Translations under genes and position numbers: made by a program
Shown: positions 19,376 to 28,704 of the stretch, piece by piece
Layout of the letters: each line of letters begins with the position of its first letter
Position numbering within the stretch: the first letter of the stretch is position 1
Notes under the pieces: model-generated
What the model was told of the DNA's origin: nothing
The model's input: the letters and a program-made list of their open reading frames with translations, nothing else
Database searches by the model: none
IMG/VR virus record: IMGVR_UViG_2934543808_000001
Coordinates: 1-64,000 of that record
From: a virus
Lineage: Duplodnaviria > Caudoviricetes
Reading direction: 5' to 3' (one strand)
Length of the DNA: 64,000 nucleotides

Positions 19376-19485
19376 GGCGGGGTCAGCCGCCCGGGACGCT
19401 GCCGTGCGCGGGGGCGTAGAGACCAGGACACCGGCGGTCGCGGGAGGCACTTCCCCCGCGACCGCCGCGGTGCGTTCTGCGTGGC

Positions 19486-19974
19486 ATGATCTCCGCCATG
19501 ACCAAGGGGTGGGGGAGGGCCGCGGCCGTGCTGCTCGCGGCCGTGACGATGGCGGGGACTGCGGCGTGCGGCGGTGACGCCGGCGCGGAGAGCAAGCCGA
19601 AGGCGACCGCGTCCGCAGCGAAGAAGCCCACGGAGCCGGTGAAGGCGCAGTGGGACAAGGCGATGGAGTGGTGGGCGACCCACGACATCGGGTGCGTGAA
19701 CGGTTCGGCGGTCGACGCCGACCGTGAGGGCTGCGCGGTGCGCGTCCAGGACTACGTGGATGACGTGCGGAAGATCCGGAAGGCGATGAACGCGGACCCG
19801 GCGGCGCCGAAGGGCTTCTACTCCGAGGCGTACGCCATCATCGACCGGTTGGAGTCGTACGCCGGCACCCCGTCGGGGGAGGGCGACACCGAGGGGTGGC
19901 TGGACGCCCGGCCGCTGATCTGGGCCCAGGGCCAGGCCCTGGACGAGTGGATCGCGGCGCACCCGTTGCAGTAG
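19486..19974 (+). CDS. Putative lipoprotein
   Basis: Signal peptide with lipobox TAAC. Confidence 0.7.
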   Translation: MISAMTKGWGRAAAVLLAAVTMAGTAACGGDAGAESKPKATASAAKKPTEPVKAQWDKAMEWWATHDIGCVNGSAVDADREGCAVRVQDYVDDVRKIRKAMNADPAAPKGFYSEAYAIIDRLESYAGTPSGEGDTEGWLDARPLIWAQGQALDEWIAAHPLQ

Positions 19975-19989
19975 GCCCGTCGGCGAGTT

Positions 19990-20027
19990 GTGGCGTTCCG
20001 GCCTTCGGGTGCGGGCCGGAACGCCAC
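19990..20027 (+). terminator. Terminator-like hairpin
   Basis: 14-bp stem GTGGCGTTCCGGCC / GGCCGGAACGCCAC after the stop codon. Confidence 0.7.
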
Positions 20028-20080
20028 CATGAGGGAGCGGGCTCGTTGCGCAGGACGGCGGCGCGCAGCCGGCCCGCTGG

Positions 20081-20817
20081 TATCAACCTTGATAGAGGAG
20101 GCGGCGTGACCGAGGGGCCCGTGGAGTCGGGGGAGCGGCGGGAGAAGTGCACGTTCGCGATCGACGTGGAGCACGCTAAGCGCTTCACGGACCTGCGCAA
20201 GGAGCAGCGCCGGGCGATGGCGGAGTGGGTGCACGACTTGGTCGAGGAGAGCAACGGGGGGATCACCCGGGACGAGGCCCGGCTGGAGGCCCGGCGCCGC
20301 CGGTCCGAGCTGTGGCCCACGCTCGATCAGTACGTCGAGCGGGCGGTTCGACAGCGGCTTGCCGAGGACGATCTGGCTGGCCCGTGGGAGCCGTTGACGG
20401 CCATGGAGGAGGAGTTCGCGACGCTGGCCGGCCGGGGGATCGGGAAGAACTACCCGGGCTTCCTGATCACGCGCACGTACGAGCTGCCCTTGCCCTTGCT
20501 CAAGCAACTGCGGACGGCGTCGATCCGGGTGAGCGAGGAGCCCTTGAAGGAGATGGAGGAGCTGGGGCTGCTGTACAACTCGCTGGACTACACCCCCGAG
20601 GAGTACGACAAGCGCGAGGAGCTGGTGAAGCGGGTGATGTCGGCCCCGCGGATCGTGCGCCAGGCCCTCGAACGGTACGGTCCGTGGCCGCCGGACGAGC
20701 ACCCGCCGTCCTCGATCGCCGCGATCGGGACGCGGGCCCTCAATCAAGGTTGATAGAAGCGGAGCTGAGCGCGGCGCAGGGGCCCGCCTGCGCCGTCAGC
20801 ACTATCAAGGTTGATAG
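20081..20817. promoter_or_regulatory. Three TATCAA-NN-TTGATA palindromes (20081-20094, 20742-20755, 20802-20817)
   Basis: AT-rich palindrome repeated three times around one gene; the middle copy has one mismatch. Confidence 0.75.
20106..20753 (+). CDS. Putative DNA-binding protein (ribbon-helix-helix-like)
   Basis: GAGGAGG RBS; strand-helix segments KCTFAIDVEHAKRF and TRTYELPLPLLKQL; flanked by palindromes. Confidence 0.6.
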   Translation: MTEGPVESGERREKCTFAIDVEHAKRFTDLRKEQRRAMAEWVHDLVEESNGGITRDEARLEARRRRSELWPTLDQYVERAVRQRLAEDDLAGPWEPLTAMEEEFATLAGRGIGKNYPGFLITRTYELPLPLLKQLRTASIRVSEEPLKEMEELGLLYNSLDYTPEEYDKREELVKRVMSAPRIVRQALERYGPWPPDEHPPSSIAAIGTRALNQG

Positions 20818-20855
20818 GAGAAGGCCGGCTACGCGGCGCGGATACGGTGCTCGGC

Positions 20856-21197
20856 ATGAGCTATCTGGATGACGAGCCCGTGCAGGCCGCCTTCGACGTG
20901 ATGACGCTGGTGGACGCCGTGGACCGGTGCGCAGCGCAGGCCCGCGTCGGTGCGCGCCAGGCGGAGAGATTGGTGGGCGTCGCGCCAGACTCCTTCCGGG
21001 ATCGGCTGGGGCAGGAGCTGCGCGAGCGGAACGAGGTGCACACCGACGTGGACACGTGGCTGAGGATGCGGTCGATCACGGTCTCGTGGGTGGCCACGAG
21101 CGCGCCCGGCGCCGTGGTGGACGAGGCCGGGTCGGCGGCCGAAGTCCTCGAACCGCTGGACGGCCTGAAGCTCTGGCCGGCGGCCGAGATCTGGTGA
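20856..21197 (+). CDS. Hypothetical protein
   Basis: ORF with high-GC3 codon usage. Confidence 0.55.
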   Translation: MSYLDDEPVQAAFDVMTLVDAVDRCAAQARVGARQAERLVGVAPDSFRDRLGQELRERNEVHTDVDTWLRMRSITVSWVATSAPGAVVDEAGSAAEVLEPLDGLKLWPAAEIW

Positions 21198-21282
21198 GCC
21201 GGGGCGAAGACCGGATTGTGTACTCAGCCCGGAATCGCCCGTGGAAGACTGGCTGCCCCAACGGGACAGCATCGAAGGGCAC

Positions 21283-21714
21283 GTGATGACCGACCAGCCC
21301 CGCCTCTCCGAACTCCTCGGCGCCACCGATCGAGAGGCCGTGATCGCCGAGGACTTCGCGTACGTCCTCGACCGGATTTCCGCGCTGGTCGGGTACGCGG
21401 AGGATGGGAACTGGCGGTCCGTCCACGAGAAGATCGGCTCCTTGAGGTCCGCCCTGGACACCTTCGAGCGCAAGATCAGCGAGCCGGTGACGTACGAGGA
21501 CGGCGAGAAGGGGTCGGTGTACCACGATCCGATCGTGGACTCGCACCGGACTGTGCAGCTCATCATCGCGTTCGCGCAGCGGCATGGCGGGCGGCTCGGG
21601 CCGACGCTCTTCCCCATCGAGAAGTTGGAGAACGAGCAGGCCGTCGAGCAGATCCGCTCCGACCAGGAGCGCACCCGTCGCTTCAAGCAGGAGCTGTTCG
21701 GGGACGACGCCTGA
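21283..21714 (+). CDS. Hypothetical protein
   Basis: ORF with GAAGGG RBS. Confidence 0.65.
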   Translation: MMTDQPRLSELLGATDREAVIAEDFAYVLDRISALVGYAEDGNWRSVHEKIGSLRSALDTFERKISEPVTYEDGEKGSVYHDPIVDSHRTVQLIIAFAQRHGGRLGPTLFPIEKLENEQAVEQIRSDQERTRRFKQELFGDDA

Positions 21715-22448
21715 TGGCGGTTCCGCGGCGGGCCGAGCGGCTGCGCAAGGTCGCCTGGAAGCTCACCGAGCAGTACGGCCTGCCGCGCGACCGGCAGATC
21801 GAGGCCGAGCTGGACGAGTACGCGCACCCCAAGCGGTGGGCGTTCTTCTGGAGGGACGGCCCCACCGAGACCGCGGTCCGCCGGGCCGCGGCGAAGCTCG
21901 ACAGGGAGGCCCTGGACGGAGTCGGCTACCGGCGCGAGTACTCCGACGCGGCTTGGGCCGTCGCCGCGATCCGCTACGTCCGCGACGGCGACCCCGGCGA
22001 GGACGCGTACAGCGCCGGCGTCAGCGTGTACGACGCCCGCCGGCTGCTGGACACCCTGAAGAACCCGGGCCCGAGCGACGACCGCGAACGCGCCATGGCC
22101 GACCGTCTGGTGAAAGCCTCCGAGCGGCACGCGTCGTGCTTCGGTGACGGTGACGCGATCTGCCGCGAGGTCACTGAGCGGGGGTTGGCCCCGCTGCTGC
22201 GCGGCGAGGGCGCCCCGCCGCTGACGCCGATCGAGGCCCTGACCGACCGGTACGCCAGCGGCCGGGCGAGCGCCTTGTGGACGCGCAGGCTCGTCCCGAT
22301 GACGCCGCTGGAGGCGTTCGCCGCGGTGCAGGCGGACCCGAAGGCCGGCCCCGACCACATCGAGGCGGCGCTGTCGCTGCTGCCGGAGCTGCACGCCGCG
22401 CTCGACGCCGCGGCGACGGCACTTCAGGCGAGACTCCCAGCGGTGTGA
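21714..22448 (+). CDS. Hypothetical protein
   Basis: TGATG coupling to the upstream gene. Confidence 0.65.
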   Translation: MAVPRRAERLRKVAWKLTEQYGLPRDRQIEAELDEYAHPKRWAFFWRDGPTETAVRRAAAKLDREALDGVGYRREYSDAAWAVAAIRYVRDGDPGEDAYSAGVSVYDARRLLDTLKNPGPSDDRERAMADRLVKASERHASCFGDGDAICREVTERGLAPLLRGEGAPPLTPIEALTDRYASGRASALWTRRLVPMTPLEAFAAVQADPKAGPDHIEAALSLLPELHAALDAAATALQARLPAV

Positions 22449-22473
22449 TGATCACGGAGTAGAGTGCGTCCTA

Positions 22474-22512
22474 GGCCCGGTACCGCATCCCCCGTCGGTA
22501 CCGGGCCCTTTC
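22474..22512 (+). terminator. Intrinsic terminator
   Basis: GGCCCGGTACCG...CGGTACCGGGCC followed by CTTT. Confidence 0.7.
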
Positions 22513-22612
22513 GTTGCCCGGTCGCCGAGCGCGCCGGGACGCTAGCCCTCCCCAACCCGCACAGTCCTTCCCGCCTGCCGGTCCGGCAGGCTTCACTACG
22601 GAAGGACTCTGC

Positions 22613-23029
22613 ATGACTTCTTGGACTCCGAAGCTCACGAACGTCCAGGGCACGGACGGCACCACCAGCGACGGCGAGTTCGTCGATGCGAACGGCGTCG
22701 TCACCTTCACCGCCATGATCGTGGCGCGTAAGGAGACGAACTCGGCCAGCGACGCCGGGTTCGGCCTGACCCTGCCGGTGCCGGCCAAGGTCACCGGCGC
22801 CCGCACGGTGTTCCAGCTCTCCCTGGACGGCCGGAGCGCGGACCACGGCGTGTGGACGGGCGAGGCCCAGATCTACGCGGGCAGCGACGGCAAGTCGATC
22901 GACCGTCTGCGCGTGACCGGCACCTCCAACGGTGCGGCCGTGCAGAACATCACCCACCTCTACGGCGACGCCGAGGGTGTGACGGACGCGGAGATCATCA
23001 CCGTGTCGGGGTCGTACATCCGCGCCTGA
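22613..23029 (+). CDS. Beta-rich protein resembling a phage tail-fibre C-terminal domain
   Basis: WTP.L...G.....G.F...NGVV.F...LTLPVPA...ITVSGSY pattern. Confidence 0.5.
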   Translation: MTSWTPKLTNVQGTDGTTSDGEFVDANGVVTFTAMIVARKETNSASDAGFGLTLPVPAKVTGARTVFQLSLDGRSADHGVWTGEAQIYAGSDGKSIDRLRVTGTSNGAAVQNITHLYGDAEGVTDAEIITVSGSYIRA

Positions 23030-23107
23030 TGAGCGCGGTCTGACGGGCCGCCGGGCACCGATGGGGTTCTTCCCCGTCCGCCCGGCGGCCCGTCGGCGTT
23101 TCCGAAC

Positions 23108-24163
23108 TCAGGCGGTCCGGCCACGGAGGACGATGACCTGCTGCACGCCGCCGCGGTCTTCCTCGCGCTGGCGCAGCTCGTCTTCGACGGCGCGGCGGAG
23201 GGGTTCGAGCCGGGTCGGCATCGGCGACCACTCCGGCACTTCGGCGCCGATCTGGGGCGCGCCGCGCTCCTCCAGGAGCTGCTCCATCTCGTCGTTCAGG
23301 GCTTCGGCCGCCCGGAAGAAGACGCGCTGGACCCCGCGGGGCCGCAGCCGCATCCCGGGCGGCTCGGTGACCTTCGTGCCGTCGGGGAGCTGCCGGGTGT
23401 TGTGCTCCAGGGACACCCACAGGTGCTTGACGGCGTTCTGCTCGTGCTGCCGTTCCTGCTGGTGCCGTCTGGTGAGCTGTTCCCGCAGCGGAAGGTAGGC
23501 GTTGAGGGCGTCGCGGGTGGCTGGCGACAACTCCCACTCCTCGATGGGGGGCGGCTCGGCCATGCGGCCTTGGCGGGGGCGCTGTATGCGCACCGTGGAC
23601 AGGTCTCGGGCGAGGTGCGCGACGTGCTGCTCGGCGAGCGTGCCGGAGCTGGCGGCCGTGTCCAGGACGATGCCGTACATGGCGAGGAAGCGGACGCGGA
23701 ACGGTTCGCTGATGTCGCGCTTGACCTGGCCCTTGAAGTGCTCCAGGAGCAGGGACCGGGTGACCGGGGGCACGACCGGGGCCAGCGCGGGGGCGGGGGG
23801 CATCTCCGGCCGCATGAACGGTGTGCGGGTGTGCTGGGCGATGATCTCCATCGCGCGGATGCGGGCGCGGATCTGCGCGTCGGACTCGGGGGCGGTCTTG
23901 TCGTCGCCGCGGATGCGGCCCTCGCTCGCGAGGCGCAGGAACTCGGTGACGGACGGGCCGGAGAGCAGGGACGTCAGGTCGTCGTACGCATCGGGCACGA
24001 GGCCGTGCTTGGTCAGGGCCCGCTCGAAGGCTCCCTGGAGCGCCCGGAGGTGCTTCTTGCGGGAGGAGCCCATCTGCTCGCTGGGAAGGGCGCACAGCTC
24101 GTCCACGGCGCGCTTGAGGGCGGCCAGGGACGGCGCGGCGGGCGACTCGGCAGCGGTGGACAT
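23108..24163 (-). CDS. Divergent tyrosine-recombinase-fold protein, apparently lacking catalytic residues
   Basis: RFLAMYGIVLDTAASSGTL (box I without Arg), LSPATRDALNAYL and LWVS; ends shortly after LEPLRR. Confidence 0.6.
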   Translation of the reverse strand: MSTAAESPAAPSLAALKRAVDELCALPSEQMGSSRKKHLRALQGAFERALTKHGLVPDAYDDLTSLLSGPSVTEFLRLASEGRIRGDDKTAPESDAQIRARIRAMEIIAQHTRTPFMRPEMPPAPALAPVVPPVTRSLLLEHFKGQVKRDISEPFRVRFLAMYGIVLDTAASSGTLAEQHVAHLARDLSTVRIQRPRQGRMAEPPPIEEWELSPATRDALNAYLPLREQLTRRHQQERQHEQNAVKHLWVSLEHNTRQLPDGTKVTEPPGMRLRPRGVQRVFFRAAEALNDEMEQLLEERGAPQIGAEVPEWSPMPTRLEPLRRAVEDELRQREEDRGGVQQVIVLRGRTA

Positions 24164-24278
24164 GCCCCCATGATGACGGGTCGCCTCTCAGCCGGCCCTC
24201 GGAGACCGCAGATTCGGCCGACGAAGTGCGCGGGCGCACTCCCGGGCCGGAGCCCCGTGGGTGCGCCCGCGTCGTCGG

Positions 24279-24560
24279 TCACTCGCCGGCGGGCTGCTCC
24301 GGCTCCGGCTCGGTGTCCTCCTCGAAGGTGACCGGCACGCGCTCCTGGTACGTGAGGGACCCGGCCACGTCGTACTTCTCCGGCAGGGCGGCGCCCATGC
24401 CTTCGAGGGCGCCGATGAGCAGCGCCTCGCGCTCCTCGGCGGTGAGGTCGAGCAGTGCGTCACGGGGCCCGCTGATGGTCACGAAGACGTTGACGTACTG
24501 CTTGTCCGGATCTCCCCCGGCGCGGTAGACGGCGGTGTCGAGGGCGACGGCCTTCTGCAA
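24279..24560 (-). CDS. Hypothetical protein
   Basis: AGGAGGAG RBS; acidic ORF. Confidence 0.6.
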   Translation of the reverse strand: MQKAVALDTAVYRAGGDPDKQYVNVFVTISGPRDALLDLTAEEREALLIGALEGMGAALPEKYDVAGSLTYQERVPVTFEEDTEPEPEQPAGE

Positions 24561-24633
24561 GGCTCCTCCTTGGGTGTGGGCCGACGGGGCGTCGGCGGGA
24601 GGCGTACGGTGCCGGGCCGGGCGGGCTTGCGTC

Positions 24634-26400
24634 TCAGGCGATGAGGCCGCGGCGGCGGACGTGCGGCTCGTAGACGGCGAGGAGGATGCCCTCGGCCCGG
24701 TCCGGGCTCTTCATGCCGCGGGCCTTCATCTGCTTCTTCGACTCGACCACCGAGTAGCCGCCGGCGTTGTTGCCGAGGTTCGGCGTGGTGAGCTGGATGG
24801 CGGCCTGGCGGTCGACGCGGAGCCGGAGCCGGCCGGAGCCGGTGGCCGGGTCCGGCTGGAGCAGGGCCCGGGAGGCGAGCCACATCTCGTCTCGCTTCCG
24901 GAAGGGCCGCATCACGGCGCCCGGGTCGTCCCGGTCGGGGGACTCGGAGACCATCACGCCGATGATCTCGCTGTTGTGCTTGCCGTTCTGCCCCCAGACC
25001 TCCAGCATGCCGACGGCGCCGTGCCCAAGGCCGTTCTTGTCGATCTTGACGTGCACCTTCGCCGTGGAGCCGAGGGCCTGCGCCAGGCGCTCCGCGGCGT
25101 GGATCTCCTCCAGGATCTTCGCGGCGACCTTGACCTGGTTGTCGTTGGCGGCGCCGCTGGAGTGGTGGCGGTGCTCGATCGCGTCGCCGACGATGCGGTA
25201 GATCGTGAACTCATCGCCGCCGTCTGCGGCCACGTCCACGCCGAGGCGGACCCAGGCGCCTTGCTTGACGGTGTGCGTGGCCGTCTCGCCGGGCAGGCCG
25301 AGGTCGCACAGGCGCGCCCAGCCGGGCCCGGTCGGGTCCTCGTTCTGCTGGGCGTCCTCGACCCAGGTGATCGGGATGACCTTGCCGCCGCCGCCCTTGG
25401 GGAAGCGGGCGTACACCTTGGCCTGGACGTACGGGTGGTCTTCGCCGTACTCCCTGATCGTGCGGTCGACCCAGTCCATGTCTGGGAGGTGGATCGCGAG
25501 GGAGTGCTGCGGGACACCCGGGGGGCAGTCGTTGCAGAACGGGACGCGTTCCTTGGTGATCGCCGGGGAGTCGAACGTGGCGATCGGCACGGTGACGGTG
25601 GTGGGCTCCTCGGGGTCGTCGCCTTCCTCGCACAGGCCCTCGAACCAGGACCGGGGGTCGTCGGCCGGCGGATTGCCGATGGCGAGCATCCGGGCGTCAC
25701 CGGTCAAGAGGTTGTTCGTACCGGCGCCGATGCTGCGGGCGATACCTCCGGCCTCGTCCACGACGATCAGCAACTTCGGCGTGCCGTGGATGCCCTGCAT
25801 GGCCGCCTCGTCGCCCTCGGGGGCGGTGAAGCCGTAGGCCACCACGACGTCGTTGCCGTAGGCGTCGGGCATCTTCCACTGCGTCGTGTCGCACCACCCG
25901 GGCAGGCCCGCGCGGGCGACCGTCTTCCTGATGTGCGGCCAGAGCTGGTTGCGCACCTGCCGGAAGCGAGTCGCGGTGGTGACGATGACCATCGTCCCGG
26001 GCGGGTTCACCGCGCCCGCCCACGCGACCAAGCGGCCCGCGATCCACGTCTTGCCGACGCCGAACCCCGCGGGGACGGCGATCCGCTTGTGGAAGGGGAC
26101 TGCGTCAACGATGTCGCGCTGCTTGCTCCAGATCGACTCGCCCAGCACGTCCTCGATGAACCCGCTCGGGGAGTCCGCCCACAGGCCGTAGAGGGTGCCG
26201 GTCTCCCGCTCGACCTCGGTGAGCACGTGGCTCAGGTCGTGGGTGTCGAGCGTCTTGAGGACGGCGCGCCGGGCCGGCACGGGGGCCCGGAGGAGCAGGT
26301 CGGCTTCACGGGAGGCGATGCGGGAGCGGACGCCGGAGCGCTGCTCGACGGCGGCTTGCGCGGCGGCCACGGCGGGGGTCGGGGAAGTCGGGGCGGCCAT
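24634..26400 (-). CDS. terL: Phage terminase large subunit
   Basis: WSKQ, Walker A AGFGVGKT, Walker B LIVVDEA, coupling motif IGNP, nuclease motifs LGVDVA, IDKNGLG and SPDRAE. Confidence 0.88.
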   Translation of the reverse strand: MAAPTSPTPAVAAAQAAVEQRSGVRSRIASREADLLLRAPVPARRAVLKTLDTHDLSHVLTEVERETGTLYGLWADSPSGFIEDVLGESIWSKQRDIVDAVPFHKRIAVPAGFGVGKTWIAGRLVAWAGAVNPPGTMVIVTTATRFRQVRNQLWPHIRKTVARAGLPGWCDTTQWKMPDAYGNDVVVAYGFTAPEGDEAAMQGIHGTPKLLIVVDEAGGIARSIGAGTNNLLTGDARMLAIGNPPADDPRSWFEGLCEEGDDPEEPTTVTVPIATFDSPAITKERVPFCNDCPPGVPQHSLAIHLPDMDWVDRTIREYGEDHPYVQAKVYARFPKGGGGKVIPITWVEDAQQNEDPTGPGWARLCDLGLPGETATHTVKQGAWVRLGVDVAADGGDEFTIYRIVGDAIEHRHHSSGAANDNQVKVAAKILEEIHAAERLAQALGSTAKVHVKIDKNGLGHGAVGMLEVWGQNGKHNSEIIGVMVSESPDRDDPGAVMRPFRKRDEMWLASRALLQPDPATGSGRLRLRVDRQAAIQLTTPNLGNNAGGYSVVESKKQMKARGMKSPDRAEGILLAVYEPHVRRRGLIA

Positions 26401-26449
26401 GGCGCGCACCGTGCACGCCCTGCTCGCCTACCGTCCCGGGCCGCCTTGA

Positions 26450-26776
26450 TCAGGGGCAGTACCCGCAGCCGGCGGTGCCGTTCTGGCACTCCTCGGTGAG
26501 GTGGTAGTCGCCGCGGCATCCGCAGTCGCAGCCGCCCAGGAGCCCCTTGGCGAACAGCCGCCTGATCTTGGCGAGGAACAGCCGGTCGGGCACCGGGCCG
26601 GTGACCTCCTCCAGGGCGGCCTGCACGTCCCACGACATCCGCCAGGGCACCGCCCCCGGGCCGCGGGGCACCGGCACGCGGCGTACGGCGTCGCACAGGA
26701 CTTCGTCGGGGATGTCCTTGCACTGCATGCGGCGGCCAGCGATGAACCGGACCGTGGGGCGTTCGGCGGTGTCCAT
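26450..26776 (-). CDS. Hypothetical protein with CDCGCRGDY motif
   Basis: ORF with AGGA RBS. Confidence 0.6.
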   Translation of the reverse strand: MDTAERPTVRFIAGRRMQCKDIPDEVLCDAVRRVPVPRGPGAVPWRMSWDVQAALEEVTGPVPDRLFLAKIRRLFAKGLLGGCDCGCRGDYHLTEECQNGTAGCGYCP

Positions 26777-27019
26777 GCGAGTCCTGGAACGTCTGCGGCC
26801 CCCGTCCGGTCTCAGTGCCTCCGCTGCGGCCACCTGGGGGAGTTGGTGGGAGCGGCGCCTGATCGGGGAACGGGGGCCGAAGTTGAGGGTGGGGCGGCCC
26901 CGGGGGGGTGGGGCCGCCCCGGGTGGGTGCTGACCTACCTGGAGCGAAGGGAGGGGACCCCCTTCACCGCCATAGACGGAGTGAGTCCGCCAGGTGTTAC
27001 AGGTTCAGCGGAAGATTTT

Positions 27020-28060
27020 TCAGGCGCTCTCGGCCGCGGGCAGGATGCGGCGGACGATCTTGTCGTCGCGGTCGATGGCCTCGGCGATCCGGAGCGGCCC
27101 CCACCCGTACGGTTCGGCGTTCATGACGGGGATCAGCTCGTTGCGGATCTGGATGGCCGCGGCCTGCCGCGCCTTTGCCGCCTCGTACTCCGTGGCGATC
27201 TTGGGCAGCTTCCGCTCGGCGTTCTTGACGAACCGCACGCCCGCGGCGCGCGCGGCGGCCGGCTGCTTGTCCCGCTTGGGGAGGTCAGCGACGCTCGGCA
27301 CCTTCAGGACGCGGGCCAGGACCCGGTTGCAGGCGTTGCGGTTGATGCCCGCGGAGAAGTAGACGCCTTGCGCCGTGGTGTAGAAGGCGAGTGAGCACAT
27401 CGCGGCGTCGCGCTTGGGCAGCAGCTCGGCGACCTTCTCCTCCCAGAGGTCCACGGCTTCGGCCGCGCGGCGCAGCCGGTCCTCGGGTGCCCCGTCGGCC
27501 GCGGTGAGTTCGTCCACGATCTCCTGCCGGGCCTGCTCGCGGATGGTCGTGAAGTCGGGCCGCTCCAACGGGTCGACGCGGACTCGGCCGCCCGCGGTGC
27601 GCAGCATCTCGCCGGCGTCCTCCAGGTGGGCGATGGCGGCACTCCGGCGGGCGGCGGCGCCCTCGTACCGGGCGCAGATCGCGGCGGCCTTCTGGACGAC
27701 GTCCTTGTGGTGCGGGATGCCGGCGTTGCGGGCGGCCTCCGCGCGGTCGGCGGGCCAGCTCGGGGGGTTGATCTGCTCCTCGCGGTCGAGGTCGTCGTGC
27801 AGCAGGGTCATCGTCAGGCGCCGCAGGTGGGTGCGGGCGATCCCGAACTTCTCGTGGAGGTCGGGGGCGTACTCGTACAGGGCCGCGGAGGCGACGAGCT
27901 GCTGACGCTCCTCCTTGAGCATGGACAGTTCCATGAACGCCTGGTCGCGGATCTCCTCGGCGAGCGTGCGGCGCTCGCGCGGGTCGGTGACCTCGGCCAG
28001 TTCGGCGTCCACCTCGGCTCTCGCGTCGGTGCGGATCTTGTCGTAGTCGATGCTGCTCAT
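27020..28060 (-). CDS. Internally duplicated helical protein with C-terminal HTH; candidate regulator
   Basis: Two related halves (DYDKIR..AR.E / DFTTIR..AR.E; AARNAGI / AARAAGV; YEGAAARRSAAI / YEAAKARQAAAI); C-terminal WGPLRIAEAIDRDDKIVRRIL. Confidence 0.75.
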   Translation of the reverse strand: MSSIDYDKIRTDARAEVDAELAEVTDPRERRTLAEEIRDQAFMELSMLKEERQQLVASAALYEYAPDLHEKFGIARTHLRRLTMTLLHDDLDREEQINPPSWPADRAEAARNAGIPHHKDVVQKAAAICARYEGAAARRSAAIAHLEDAGEMLRTAGGRVRVDPLERPDFTTIREQARQEIVDELTAADGAPEDRLRRAAEAVDLWEEKVAELLPKRDAAMCSLAFYTTAQGVYFSAGINRNACNRVLARVLKVPSVADLPKRDKQPAAARAAGVRFVKNAERKLPKIATEYEAAKARQAAAIQIRNELIPVMNAEPYGWGPLRIAEAIDRDDKIVRRILPAAESA

Positions 28061-28137
28061 GGTGTGCCCGTTTCCGGGTGCGCGCCCTGTGGGCGCTGGT
28101 GGCAGGGGACCCCCCTAGCCGTTCGTCCTTGGCGCAG

Positions 28138-28156
28138 AACTGTACACCATGTCCGC
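28138..28156 (-). promoter_or_regulatory. GCGGACATGGTGTACAGTT promoter/operator box without the leader hairpin
   Basis: 19/19 identical to the boxes at 39404-39422 and 43379-43397. Confidence 0.8.
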
Positions 28157-28275
28157 GACGGGGAGCTTGGCGCGGCCGAGATCGCGGAGCGCGCGCAGCA
28201 CCAGGAGGTCAGTGCCGGGCGGCCGGCCGGGGTCGAGCCGGACCCGTGGGGGGATCGTCGGCGGGGGAGCGGCGG

Positions 28276-28704
28276 TCATCGCTTCCCCTGGTGGCGGCGC
28301 TTGGCCTCACGCATCGGGCGGTATTCGGCGGCCGAGCACAGGTAGGTGAAGTGCAGCGTGCGGGACGCGACCGTGATCGTGATGCCGTACGGCCACCGAC
28401 GGCCACGCATCAGCCCGAAGCTGATCAGGACCGGGTGGGTGTGGCGCCAGCCGCCGACGCTGCACCGGGGCAGGAAGTGCCCGCCGAAGGTCCGGTACCA
28501 GGAACCGGTCGTGTGGAGGGTGAGGGTGGGGCCGAGTCGGGCGAGACCGACGGTGTACCGGAACAGGCTCAGGGTGGCGCCGACGGTGCGGGTGCGCTCC
28601 TGGTCCATGTCGTAGGTGCGCACGGGCCCGACGGCGAAGCGGGAGCCGCCGCGCCACATCAGCAGGTGCCAGCACAGGGTGAGCTGGAGGGTACGGGTCT
28701 TCAT
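28276..28704 (-). CDS. Hypothetical protein
   Basis: ATG overlapping the HNH stop. Confidence 0.5.
   Translation of the reverse strand: MKTRTLQLTLCWHLLMWRGGSRFAVGPVRTYDMDQERTRTVGATLSLFRYTVGLARLGPTLTLHTTGSWYRTFGGHFLPRCSVGGWRHTHPVLISFGLMRGRRWPYGITITVASRTLHFTYLCSAAEYRPMREAKRRHQGKR

Noticed and set aside
19376-19485. clt locus (TraB-recognition 8-bp repeats) downstream of traB
   Set aside because: No convincing series of 8-bp direct repeats was seen.
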